Shown here: positions 50,769 to 64,000 of the stretch, piece after piece
How the letters are laid out: each line of letters starts with the position of its first letter
How positions within the stretch are numbered: the first letter of the stretch is position 1
Made by a program: the position numbers and the translations under genes
Notes under the pieces: model-generated
Databases searched by the model: none
Seen by the model: only the letters and a program-made list of their open reading frames with translations
Told to the model about the DNA's origin: nothing
NCBI RefSeq assembly: GCF_006345805.1
Contig: NC_043011.1
Coordinates: 42,730,464-42,794,463 of the forward strand
DNA length: 64,000 bases
Direction of reading: 5' to 3'
Origin: Octopus sinensis
Lineage: Eukaryota

Positions 50769-52070
50769 TACACGAAGTACATTCTAGAGTTTATGAGACT
50801 TCTTTAATAGAGGCAGTTATAACCGTCCGAGATTATCATAATTTTGAAAGTACATCACTACTATACATTTAATAAGCTAAAATGCCAAATTTTTCTTACA
50901 GATTGTAACAGCACTTTGAACATAGCCTACTAAGCATCGCTTGTCACAGTTGACTACTTTGCAGAATAAAGACGGGACGTGAAGACAATTTGGAAGCTCA
51001 CAATACAATAATGTTTTATGTTAAACTGGGCAAAATAGCTACAGAAACTTGTGAAATACTCCAGACGGTTGCTAGGTTAACTGATATGAGGCGAGCGTCT
51101 GTTTTTGATGGCACAAGCGCGTCAAGGACGGTAGAGAGATGATGAAAAGTGTGGGAGGGAGAAGGACGTCAGAACATCAGAGCTGGATGAGAAAATACGC
51201 AATTTTCTAGACGAAGACCGTCGTTTGTCTATAAAGACGATAAAAATACAGTTTGGAGTTGGTATGGCAAGCGCTTACAAAATTATTGATGAAGAGCTGC
51301 ACATGCGCAAGAATTTGTGCAAAGTTAGTTCCTAGGATTCTTAGTGACGAACAGAAGGGGAAAACGCATTGGCGACAACAGGCGCATGGTTGAACTCATT
51401 ACCTCCAATTCAAGAGTACTTGAGTCTCTGGTGACTTGTGACGAAAGCTGGATCTACTGATATGGTTCAAAGAACAGAATACAGAAAGTCCAATAGAAGA
51501 AGCCTGGTTCCCCCCAGATCCAAGAATGTCCAGCAAAGCAAGTACACTGGCAAGCTCATGATGAGACCCTTTCTCGGCAATAAGGGTATCATCTACATTT
51601 ACTGGTTCCCTTTGGTCAGACGGTCAACAAAGAGTACTCTGTTGAGGTTTTGAGGCAATTCAAGAAGAGATTTCGTTGCAAAAGGTCAGAACTCTTCCAC
51701 TCAGTGGATCCTATACCCTAATCCACAATTCTATCCTAGTAACAAACTACTTGACAAAGATGGGCAATAAAACTCTTCTTCACCCTCCTAACTGTCTGTG
51801 ACCCTTGGTTGATCCCCAATCAGATGGAGAATTTTAGCGGCAGTCATTGAGAATATGAAGACATTGAGAATATGAAGGAGACTGTGAAAAGCGTCCGGGG
51901 CACTTTCACTTTGTAGGACCTCCAAGGGACCTTCACAAAGTGCCTAGAGTAACTACAAGCCTATTGACGTCAGAGATCCTACTTTGAAAGGGATTAGAGT
52001 TTTGTACGTCTTTGAAATTAATAATTGTTTCTCCTGAGAAAGACTGAAAACTTCTGAGGTGCACCTTGTA
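50769..52070 (+). mobile_element. Near-full-length decayed mariner element (transposase pseudogene ~50980-51950)
   Basis: VKLGKIATETCEIL; DEDRRLSIKTI; CAKLVPRILSDEQK; LVTCDESWIY; GQTVNKEYSVEVLRQF; weak degenerate TIRs ending in TA. Confidence 0.85.
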
Positions 52071-52405
52071 AAACAACTGAACATGTGTATATACAGGGTT
52101 TGGTGAATATATTGTTGACTAAATTAAGTTGGAGATAAATGTATGCATGCGCGCGCGCGTGTTAGTCAGGGTATGTATATATGAGTGCGTAATTGTGGGT
52201 ATCGTAGTGTATTAAGTGAAACCTGTGACAGAAAGAGGGTTAATCTTTACGTAGATCAGTAAGAAGAACTGAAACAATTAAAATACAACAGAGCAAGTAC
52301 GTCAAGATTACATCATATTCTCTTAGCTTCTTGACTATGTGAATAATTTATAAGACTGTAGAGCAACAAATGTATATATAATTACTGTGAAGCATTGTGT
52401 AGAAA

Positions 52406-52888
52406 ATATTGTATAAAAGTTCGTGGGTAGTAAAAACAGGGTAACTCACAAGAAAACAAATGTGAATTAACGTAGACTTAACTTGTATTCAATATTTCGG
52501 GATTATGAGCCCATTTTCAAGAAATTGACGAATGTTGCCGATGTGCGTGTGTGTGAGCATGTATGGAGTGCACATGCGCATGAGGGTGTTGCTATAGCCA
52601 CCAGCTAGCTTCCTGTAATTCCCTTCTATTATTGATCTTGGGTTTCTTTCGGGAGTTACAGGAAGCTAGCTGGTTGCTATAGCAACACCCCTCTGCGCAT
52701 GTCCACTCCACTCACGCTCACACACACGTACATCGGAAACATTCGTCAATTTCTTGAAAATAGGGTCATAGCCCCAAAATATTGAATACAAGGTAAGTCT
52801 GCATTAATTCATATATTTGTTTTCTTGTGATTTACTTTGCATTTACTTCGCATTGTTTTACTCTTACCTACGATCTTTTATACAATAT
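52406..52888. mobile_element. Foldback element (~220-bp inverted arms, ~30-nt loop)
   Basis: ATATTGTATAAAAG..CACAAGAAAACAAAT..TTTTCAAGAAATTGACGAATGTT..GGGTGTTGCTATAGC.ACCAGCTAGCTTCCTGTAA.TCCC mirrored on the other side. Confidence 0.9.
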
Positions 52889-52978
52889 ATTCATATATAT
52901 ATATTATACACACTTATGTATATATAAGTATATATATATATTATATATATATATATATGTGTTATTTATACATACATA

Positions 52979-53034
<56 letters not shown>

Positions 53035-53512
53035 CATGTCGGTTAAGACATCGTTACAACTGTAATTATTCTGAAAAATTAATCTTCGCTAATTTGAAAG
53101 AGACGGCAATCATTACGGCAATCCGGACGCCATTGTTGTGCGGCAGACTTTCTTAAATCAATGAACATGTCTGCGCAGATAAATTACTTCCATTCCCTTC
53201 TTGTTAATTACACTCCACTCTATCTTATCGCTCTGTACGAACACCCACACTCACACACTCTCCCACTCACACTCATACACACAGTCACGCACCGTTTATA
53301 TACAGATATAAGGGAAATAGCTGGGAGTTTTATTATTTAAAAAACAGCGAGGATATATGTAAGGTAGAGTAAAAATTTATTTTGTAAGTAAGCTCACGTT
53401 TGGCTGCATGGGAAGAAGTTTGCTTCCAAAGCTCATGAATTCGGGTTCGATCTCGCTGTCTGACATATTGAGCATATATATATATATATATTGTTATATA
53501 TATATATATGTA

Positions 53513-53560
53513 CTAGCCTCGAAGCCGCCTTTCGAGCGGCATTCAGGCTAGCTCATGCGG
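53513..53560 (-). mobile_element. Putative Helitron 3' terminus
   Basis: Minus strand GCCGC-TCGAAAG-GCGGC hairpin, 7 nt, then CTAG|T; 5' end not identified. Confidence 0.5.
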
Positions 53561-54137
53561 AGGGCGCGTTTGAGGCTTTCGGGATCCATGTTCCTTTATT
53601 TACTTTTTTAAATTTTATTCTCACTGTAGTTATTAATTCACTTCATATTTTTAGACTTGAACTTTCATTCGTACTAAGCAAGTGAAATGTATGACTGTCA
53701 TGCCAATCATAATTTTCCCATTACTTCGCCATTTCCGAAACAATATTAAAATGAGATTGAGATAAAATGAATAGGATCCATTTCATCTCAATCTCATTGT
53801 ATCTATAATTACAAATCTTTAGGAGGATATTGTAACCGGAACAAGAAAATTAGTTTTCCACCTAGACATACATAAGTTTCATAAACTACGAAATATAAAT
53901 ATCCATATTACCACCATTGAAACGTACCTGTTATAACTCTTTATCTCGACTTGAATGTACGGGATGATATTTAGAATGCCAAAACTTAATTCTAGAAATG
54001 TGCTAAACACGGATGCTGATCATAGTTTAATTAATAAGCGTAGGAGTGAGGTAAATGCATTAAAAATAGGGGTCAGTGCGGCCTCATTTAAGCGAGCCTT
54101 CAGAAATTGAATCTCCTTACGATTCTTCCTGAGAGTT

Positions 54138-54346
54138 CAGCACGCCGGGCGAAATGCGTAGTCGTATTTCGTCTGCCGTTACGTTCTGAGTTCAAATTCC
54201 GCCGAGGTCGACTTTGCCTTTCATCCTCTCGGAGTCGATAAATTAAGTACCAGTTAAGCACTGGGGTCGATGTAATCGACTTAATACCTATGTCTGTCCT
54301 TGTTTGTTCCCTCTATGTTTAGCCCCTTGTGGGTAATAAAGAAATA
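54138..54346 (+). mobile_element. Family A SINE, slightly 5'-truncated
   Basis: Near-identical to 12274-12501. Confidence 0.9.
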
Positions 54347-56768
54347 GGTATGAAATTCATTGTCATTTTCGATTTGGTCACCAATGCCATGTTATCGAAC
54401 CTGAAAGAATGAAAAGCAAAGCTTTTTATCAGAATTGGGACTCAGAACGTATATAGCCAGGAAAATGCTGTTAAGTATTGTGTCTGGCACACTAATTATT
54501 CTGCCAGTTATCCGTTTAGTATTGGAAAATAATGTAATATATATATATATATATATATATATCTATATATATATATAAATATTATATATATATATATATA
54601 TATTATATATATGTATATATATATATATATGTGTGTGATGTGCTACAGAGCTAATTTTGATTGGAATTCTATCGAAATCAGTGAAAATTTGTGTTTACGG
54701 TATTATGATACAGAAGGGAGTTATGCACATCAAATTTTATAAAGAATTTTCTTAAAGATATAAACGGTTGGATAAACTACAACCTTTTGAGAAACTAACC
54801 ATATTAAATGTTATATGCAAATGTTCTTGTTTAGCAAAGCACAAAACCAGTCACAAGGTAATACAATGACCTGAAAATAATGGTTTTAAATTTAGGCAGT
54901 GCTAGAAATTGTTACATCGATTCCAGCACATATTTTATCAATTCTGGAAGGATGAAGTCAAGGTTGAGCTCTGAGAATTTGAACTAACAGAGTAAAAATC
55001 AGGAACAAATGCCGTTAAGAATTTTGTTCGACACGCTAACGACTCTGCTCGTTCACCGCCTAAGTAGTGGACAAAATAATGCTTCTTTGATATAGCCAAA
55101 AGGCCTGAAATTTTGTGCGAGGGTATTGTCGATTACATCGACCCCAGTCGGAACTTGTTTTATCGACTCTGAAAACGATGGGCGGCAAAGAGGTCCTCGG
55201 TAGAACTGGAACTCAGAACGCAAAGAGCCGGAAGAAATGCCGACGTGCTAACGATTCTACCAGCTCACCGTCTTAGTAACGGACAAAATAAAACCAACAC
55301 ATTCTCCTAAAAATTACATTTTCTACATCAAAGAAAATGCCTCTCTCAAAACGACTGGTCAAGATGTGGCCACACATGAAGCCGACTTGCATACAAGAAC
55401 TAAATGCCCCGCATGCAACACCCATGACAGTATCCCCCAAATAGCTCTTGGCATCGTGGAGCCACTGACCGGCCCCTCACCCGATGACACTCCGGATGCA
55501 GTAACTCAATGTAATCGAATCAAGATACCTAAGATTCAAATGATGTTGGGTGTCACATGGTCACACGCTTCTCCCAGGCCTTGCCGAATATGACTCACTC
55601 TCCTCTCCACTTCAGGTATACTAAATACACCAACTTGAGCTGTACAGTACTGATCCCCATCGATCTCACACGGTTTTTCTTGATGCTGTCTCGTACATAG
55701 TGGACCACTCTGCAATCCCGAGGACACTTGACCATAGGAGAATTTTCTTTTTTCTTTGTCACGAATGAAATATCTCTACCAGAAGCCTCTACCACTTTCA
55801 CGAAACGAGCGCGAAGGATTAGTGGCGTTAATGAAGCTGGGATGTCGAGTAACTTTACATTTGGTTGTCCATTTATTGCCCACTATTGTGATCACAAATA
55901 TCCAGCACATCAGGTGTATACATATACATACATACATGCATACATACAAACGTGCATACATACATACATACATACATACATACATACATACATACATACA
56001 TACATACATACATACATACATACATACATCATTCAGTTGAAACTAACACTTCTCATATTATGAGTGCTTCATTTCATGAAAATCCAAGTGCAACAATGAA
56101 CACATGCTCTTGTTCCATGAATATAACAAAGGAATACGGGATTCCATTTTCTCACAATTTCACCATTGTTACTTAAGCAGTTCTCAAACAGCATGAAAAT
56201 TATTGGCCGTGATACGAATGCGAAAATTGGGCTAAAAGGTGCAAATCTTTCATCAATTTACCAATCAAATTGCAAATATTTCTGTGACTTTCAAAAGGAA
56301 CGTGATTAATTTGAATTAACAATGCACAAAGAGAAAAGATTAGCTGTGGATGCTGTCATCCTCATCTAACACTATGACACAACTGGATCCCAATTTTGTC
56401 AATTAAAAATGGGAAAATAGTGTTATGAATGTAAAGCTTTAACTACCTATTTTACTGTCAATTCTCACAATCGAATTGTGATGGGAAAATTTAGGCTGCA
56501 ATAGAGAGTAAATAAGAACTTAAGTAAAAATTGAATATGTCGTAACTGCAAGAAGCTGCGAGAAATTCATAAGCAGCTGATGTCGAAAATCGATTCGAAG
56601 TATTTCAGCTTTTAGTTGATGTCAAAATTACGAATTCCATTAACAATAACATCATAAATTCTAATGAAAATGCAGCAGAAGCAGATATTCCATGCGTAGA
56701 AAAAGATAGTATGTCATGGGAATGTAAAATGATAAATTATGAAGAGAGAAGAACAGGTAGAAGTACAC

Positions 56769-56980
56769 GGCGAGCTGGCAGAAACGTTAGCGCGCCGGGC
56801 GAAATGCTGAGCGGTATTTCGTCTGCCGCTCCGTTCTGAGTTCAAATTCCGCCGAGGTCGACTTTGCCTTTCATCCTTTCGGGGTCGATAAATTAAGTAC
56901 CAGTTACGCACTGGGGTCGATGCAATCGAATTAATACCTATGTCTGTCCTTGTTTAGCCCCTTGTGGGTAATAAAGAAAT
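56769..56980 (+). mobile_element. Family A SINE with 16-bp TSD
   Basis: TSD AGGTAGAAGTACACGG at 56755-56770 and 56981-56996 (last 2 nt overlap the GG of the head). Confidence 0.92.
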
Positions 56981-57505
56981 AGGTAGAAGTACACGGAGCT
57001 ACATCTAAAATTAACTCAAAAGAGCTATGAAATGATCAGGGCCATCGCTAAGCCCCTGCGGTCGTAGGGAGCCTCCGCGGTTGAGAGGCCCCATGTTAAG
57101 ATCAAAGTACATAGATGAGCCATCTATTGACTTTGGTTAAGATTTTAACTGAAAACTTCAAGCTAGACGAGCAAAAAATACGAGGGTGTACTGTAAATAA
57201 ATTTAAAAGGAACGAGAAAAGTAAATGAAAAAAGCTTGTCAACGAATTCCTTGGGGAGATAAAAGGAAGGAGAAAGAAATCCAAAAACAATGAAAATAAG
57301 AACAACTTCAATAGAAAAGACAAGAAAAAGAAACAATGGAGGTGAAAGGTGGGGGTTGTATACTTATGCATACATACATCCATACACACAGGCGTACTTA
57401 CACACATTCATACATACAGATATATACGACTGGCTTTTATCTGTTTCCGTCTACCAAGTCCATTCGCAAGGCTTTAGTCAGCTCAGAGAAAGAAAGTGTG
57501 TGTGT

Positions 57506-57546
<41 letters not shown>

Positions 57547-57631
57547 TATGGAGTTAGAGATATCTCTCCTTTAGAGAGATTTAGAAATAATAATAATAAT
57601 GATAATGATGATGATGATAATAATAATAATA

Positions 57632-57700
<69 letters not shown>

Positions 57701-58479
57701 ATATATATATATATTAATAGTTTGTGTGTGTGTATGTATGTGTCGATCTATGTACATATATAGGGATACAGATACTGCGTTGTCACAGTCACCAAACTTC
57801 TCAATTCGTCGATCGAGATATTTTATTTTGCAAGGTACTATTTTTCCTTGAATTTGTAATTTCAGAGAAAGGTAAGAAATTTTTCATATTTTGCATCTTT
57901 GGTATTTTGACTTTACAGTTTGAATTGTAGTATTGTCTATCTAATCGTAAATATTGAATTTAAAAAAAAGGCTTTGTGACTGTTATCAAGTATTCGAGAA
58001 CATTCACGTCTATTTTTCAAAAATATATAATTTGAAATAGTTTGCTCTTGTTCTGGACTGAAATTTTTTTGGTATTTTAATGTTCTTGAATAAACTTCTT
58101 TTCATACAAAAGCTGAGACAACTATACTTCACAGTTGTTATTTTGAAATGCTTGTCTTCTGATATATGTGAGTTCATTGAATAAATATTTAACTCTATTA
58201 GATATTGGCCTTCCTAAACCTGAAATAATACGATAATTCCAGCCAAAATATATTTAACTTGTACTTTTAAAGATGTTCTTTAGGATAAAGTGAAATATTG
58301 AACTTCATATTGCTATGAATAAAAGGTGGATAGATTATGAATTTTGATTGAAGAGATGGGGCCTCAATGCAAAATGTTGCACGGGGGCTTCTAAAATAAC
58401 GAAAGAAATAAAGAACTGTATCAATTTTTTTTTCAGATTCCAAGGCAACACATCTCGACACTATACTAATGGAAGTATG

Positions 58480-59440
58480 GAAAACAGGGGCACTCTTGGA
58501 TCGGTTATTAAAGTGTGTAATAAAACATTATAGCAAAACAATGCTGCTATTTAGGTCAAAATGGTCCAGTACAAACCCCAAAGAGAGAGAATATTCGATA
58601 AGCTAAACAAAACAGACATTAATTTATCAGTTATTGCTGTAAAAATTCTAAACAAAATGTTGCTTTAAGAATGCACCATTATTAACAATCGAACAAAATT
58701 GCTTTGTTTCAGAAGGACCAACATTATCGCATATTCTTGTAATGCCAAGACTTAAGAAGGCATTACAGATAAGAACGTAAATGCTGTTTTATCATTTATA
58801 GATTTTTAGCGAAACATTCGACTTAATCCACCTAGCCAAATAGATATAGATTCTCCAAGAATATTGTATTCCAGGCAATATTGCAGCTGCATCAACATCC
58901 AATACAATAGTACAACCATTCAGGTTTTATCACTTGATTGTGATACAGTTTTCTTTGAGAACATGACAGAAGTACTGCAAGGTAACTTTCTAGCACTTAT
59001 CCTATTCATTGTGGCTTCTTTGAAAAGTAGACGTCATTCTGCAACTGTTATCAATGACACATATGCAAAACCCATAACTCTCACTTCTAATATTATTGAG
59101 GAAGCTCAGCTACTACTTCAATGAAATGAGAAAGCAGGAAAGCACCTAGAATTACATTTCGATAATAAAAGGACTGAGTTAATGGTTCAGAGTTAACCAA
59201 CAAAACATGTGATATCATCATAATATGTAGAACCGAGATGTATAACTGACTTTAAAACCTTGGGTCATGGATAAAAAAGCTTAAAGAGAGAAAGGGAGAT
59301 AATAATTGAATTGATACGCTCAGCAATGAACAAGACGTCCGCAATATGGGTCTAAACTACTCAACGACTTCAAAATACAGTTTTTAGAGTTATTGTATAA
59401 AGCATATTGCTACATGAATCTGAAGGTGGGACACTTACGT
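58480..59440 (+). mobile_element. RTE-like LINE reverse transcriptase region, heavily decayed
   Basis: IAVKILNKMLL; FIDF..TFD.IH; ..YCIP..IAAA; EVLQG..LA..LFI; IEEAQLLLQ; LGSWI; FRVIV.SILLHESE.GTLT. Confidence 0.8.
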
Positions 59441-60005
59441 AAGTAAGTGTATGTGTATATGCGTACATCTATCGATCAACCCAACCATTACAATCGGAAG
59501 CAGAAGGTTTTTTCTGTTGTATATGTATAATTATTCCTTTTATGTTGTATTTGTATTATTATCATATTATTTTTTTTGTTATATACGTACAATTGTTGAA
59601 TCATTTTAGCTTGTCTTGTTTGTTTTTGTCCTTGTATACATTTGTTAGCTATCCCCAGAAGTTTCCTGTTCTGGCGCTGCCAAGACGGAGTGGTATCAAT
59701 GTTAAAAGCGTGAAACTACTAGACTGTCTGAGACATTGACTGGTGAGGAATCAGCTGCGAATTTTCTGTGTATTATGTTTTTGCCTAATTTGTTGTTTTC
59801 GCCAAATTTTCCCTTTGTTGTTTTTTCTATTCAACCCTTGAAATACGTACATACATACATACATACATACATACTTATAAATATACGTACATACATACGT
59901 GAACTGCATCCGGTTGTGGGGTTCTGGTTCGAGAGTTCCATGCTTTTGAGAAGTGTGGAACAACCTTTTAAGCTCTTGTTCCTAGATCTACCCTGTAGTC
60001 ACACT

Positions 60006-60330
60006 TGTTAAGATCCTAGCTATCGGAGTGGTATCAATGTTAAAAGCGTAACTAGCAAGTGAACCACCAGGAATGAAGAACCCTTAGTTCTCGTGAGAAT
60101 CTCCTCCTAGGCGAAGGTAAACACGTATAAAAAATTTCTGAAGTACTGTTGATTTCCGGTCGTTTCAACCGCTGGTGTACCACTGGTTTTGTAGGTGATT
60201 GTGCAGAAAAGTTGGCTCAGTGCTGTCCAACACTTTATCCTCTCAAAACAAATTCACACACAAAGGGAACTCTTGGATTTTCAGTACGTTTGCACAAACT
60301 TACTGAGTTTAGAAAGTGGTCTTACTCAGC
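60006..60330 (+). repeat. Dispersed repeat, possibly a solo LTR; partial second copy at 59685-59760
   Basis: CGGAGTGGTATCAATGTTAAAAGCGT occurs twice; TG start and CA end with a weak terminal inverted match; no clean TSD. Confidence 0.3.
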
Positions 60331-60343
60331 CATGAATTGACTT

Positions 60344-60411
<68 letters not shown>

Positions 60412-61461
60412 CACACACACACACACACACATACACATATATATATAAGACAGAGAGAAAGAGTTACAAAAGGAGAGAGGGAGAAAGAGAGAGAATTACC
60501 TTCCATATAACTAGGATGAGGTTAATCCAGGGAAGAAAATATAAAGTGAAACAATCATTCTGGTATATATATACAAACCAAAAAATTGATAAATGAGATG
60601 AAACATTAAGAAATCTTACACTATGGAAAATAACGTTTATATAATATATGTAACCGGAAATTTGTACAGTCAAAATCTGTTAGTCTTGACGAAAATATCT
60701 AGTACGATTTTCTGTACGAATACTCTGAAATAGTTATTATAAAATCGTACAAAATATTCTCACCAAAGTTTAGAAGAGAATACACAATATTTTTGGCTTA
60801 AACTCGTAAGTTTAGCTACGGGTTTATTTATGAGTTTTGTAGGCGTTGTAGATCTCAAAATCTAACCAGCATGATCATATCTATAACTATTTAGATGTGT
60901 AAAAAATACGAAAGATACTAGTTGTATTTAAGTAAGAAATAAGAATATAATGGACAAAAATATGTTGCATTAAAATAAAAACAGCAACAGTATTAAATTA
61001 CACATGTTGTGATATAAGTATAGTGATCCAACATCGTAATACCGGCGTGGGATAAAGATTTGGGTTTGAGGAAAAGTTCTGCAAGATAATAGAGACGTTG
61101 AATACGAAAAAGAACACAATTATTTTTGGGTATAAAATATAAAGAAAATACAAATGGGTACATATAATGTGGTAGTAGATACACGATAGAGTAACTGAGA
61201 AACTACAATCTCATACAAACCAGATATAATATCTGTAAAAATGATATGCAGTACAAAAAAGATGAGACAATATGAATGTAAAAAAGATAAAATACAAAAT
61301 CAGTGAACGAATAAATAAATAAATATAGACAAATGATTATATATAGGATATCTTTATTATAAAAAGCAACTATGTAAATTTACATAAGAATACTTATCCA
61401 AGTATCTATATTTAATACTCAAACATATATATTAATACACAGGTGAGTAAATACATGTATG

Positions 61462-61533
<72 letters not shown>

Positions 61534-61539
61534 TATGTG

Positions 61540-61577
<38 letters not shown>

Positions 61578-62656
61578 TAATAATTTTTATATATTATGTA
61601 CATGGATATATATTATATAAATATGTATATGTATCTCTCTCTCCACGCACACCACAACCACACACATATACAGATAGATAGATACAAACACATTTCTACA
61701 TGTATGTATATAGACATCTATATACATACACACACGCAAGACGCACATACATACATGCACATACACACTACACCTACAACACACACAAGCAATTACACGG
61801 AAATAGCTGAAGACAAAAATATATGAATTAATATAGATACATGTGTATTAATTTAAGAATAAAAATAAACCACTGATGCAAACAGAAAACTAAAAATTGC
61901 TAAAGGATGCACAAAAATAAAAACTAGATTAAATGAACACAAAATAACATAATAAAATCAAAACCTCAAGTAAAGTATAAAAATTTCCAATTTATATACG
62001 AAACCAAAAAAAAAAAAAAAAAAAAAATTGCGATAATAATAATGGAACTAAAACGCAGGGTGTATAATTATATAAAAATGAATCAAGTAGGGCTAAAATA
62101 ATTGAGATTTAACAGATAAAGTAGTGAAAAGTATATATATTAATCTAGGGGGAATAATTCTAAATTTAAGAAATTATAATGTAGTTAAGTAATGAGTAAT
62201 GTTTAAAGTAATAAGTATTCTTCTTCTGCTTATTAAGTCTATATTAGGGATATTCGCATAATCAGTATATTCACTTCTAGTTAATGCTCTGTTGTAATAT
62301 TCATTATATGATAGGTAGATAGCCCCGAGTAAATGTTTCTAACTATATTATTTTCTTTCTATTATAAGCACAACGCTTGAAAATTGGTGTGAGGGAGCTA
62401 GTCGATTATATTATCTTAGTGCTCATGTGGTACTTATTTTATAGACCTCATAAGGATGAAATGTATAGTAGACCTCGGTAGAATTTGAACTCAAAACTAA
62501 AAGCCATATGAAGCATTTTATCCGGCATGCCAATAGTTTTAGAATGGTTACTAGTTTTAGAATAGTAACGACACAGCGCTTCATCAAGATCTTTGTATAT
62601 TCCGCATACCGATGTCATGGGAGCTAACTCTTTGTGTCAGTATCGACAATTATCAA

Positions 62657-62687
<31 letters not shown>

Positions 62688-63544
62688 ATGAAGCTACGTA
62701 GGTCCTTTTTGAATCCACATGGGCTGCGTGACTTCATGATAACAAACTCTATACAATTTACCGGAAACAGAGAGAATGTTTAGAAGTATATAGTATTTTA
62801 AATATGAAATCCAGCAAAGTTACAAACTTCAGCAGAAGCTTTCGCTCCCATGCTCACATCGAAAGGACACTGAATTTTACTTTTTGAAACATATGGAATT
62901 ACCATAGAAAGTACATGGTTTTTCATTCGTATAATATACTAATGTCACTATTTTCGATTGAAGTAACGATCTTTGCAAAGTTGAGGAAAGAGCTGCTCTG
63001 AGAATCAGCTTCATTATCGTACAATAACATTCCTTAGTATCAAACTGCGAACAAGTGGAAACCATTTTCATCTTGGACACAGTTGAATCGTTGGATATCT
63101 GAACTAGTTTTATTTCAAAGAGTTAACAGTTATTGGTGCTTAATTTTAGGAGTAACAGAATGTAATAAGTCTTTGCTAATTGTGTCTTTTCGTATATTTT
63201 CCTAACGTCAAAATAATTCATCAGGCCTATACTAGGTATCTACGTAGATTTGCACATTTATACATCTACACACGACATTATAGATATATTGGTAACTCTA
63301 TATTTAGATTCTCTACATTTTTTTTCTTCCCGGATGTCAGATATTGATTTCAGCCACCTCTTGGCTATTTCTATTTTACTATTTTTGTCTTTAGTGGAAT
63401 ACTCTACACCGCTTGTTACTCATAATTCACTTCTCACATTGTTCCACATCTATTTATAAGACGAAATTTTAGCTTTTTTTTTCAATTACAGTTTGAGAAA
63501 TCAGCATTGGCGAAACTTCGAGGCTACTCATATACATACATACA

Positions 63545-63576
<32 letters not shown>

Positions 63577-63607
63577 CACACACACACACACGCACATACG
63601 TAGATAT

Positions 63608-63647
<40 letters not shown>

Positions 63648-64000
63648 TCACATATATGCACACACACACATATATATATATATATAGATGTGTGTGTGTG
63701 TGTGTAAATGAATTAAGAGAAATAACTCAGAAATGCCGGTGGCATGTATTTGAACAACATAGACAAGTAATGTCATATCAAATCAGATACGAGATAAATT
63801 CTTGATTTATTATTTTATTGAAATTATCTTCACTTCTTGATAGTGTGGATTATTGGCAATTAGGACCGACTCCAAATGAGAAAAGGAAATAATCTCAAGA
63901 ACCAAGAATTTTCCAATACTAAAATGACATTAAGGGAAAAAACACAATTTGATTGTCTGAATGGAAGAGGACAGCTGTTATGCGCATTTCTGCCTCAACA

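Noticed and set aside
57037-57095. GC-rich double hairpin beginning CAGGGCC (hAT-like TIR?)
   Set aside because: No matching second TIR or 8-bp TSD could be found
217-63707. Dozens of ORFs rich in YVCM, IYIY, HTHT, IYLS, poly-H/M/I/L/T
   Set aside because: They are translations of (TATG)n, (AT)n, (CA)n, (TATC)n and trinucleotide microsatellites, not genes

Overview
AT-rich, microsatellite-saturated animal nuclear DNA. The repeat repertoire most resembles an octopus/coleoid cephalopod genome (inference, no database search run). No intact protein-coding gene, RNA gene or prokaryotic feature is supportable; most long ORFs in the track are microsatellite artefacts. The window is a mosaic of transposon relics: Tx1/L1, R4/Dong-like, CRE-like, RTE and CR1 non-LTR fragments, mariner remnants, Helitron and MITE/foldback elements, and several tRNA-derived SINE families. 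There are also a few weak candidate exons and promoter-like patches. Three observations stand out. (1) A ~290-bp tRNA-headed element carries a complete minimal hammerhead ribozyme and is bracketed by 12-bp inverted repeats (39342-39633). (2) The most abundant SINE family shares its 3' tail (stem-loop plus AATAAA) with Tx1-clade LINEs in the same window, suggesting a SINE/Tx1 partnership. (3) Two near-identical Tx1 copies sit in tandem inside one (TATC)n microsatellite, and other LINE families sit inside (TAA)n and (TACA)n, suggesting microsatellite-targeted retrotransposition.
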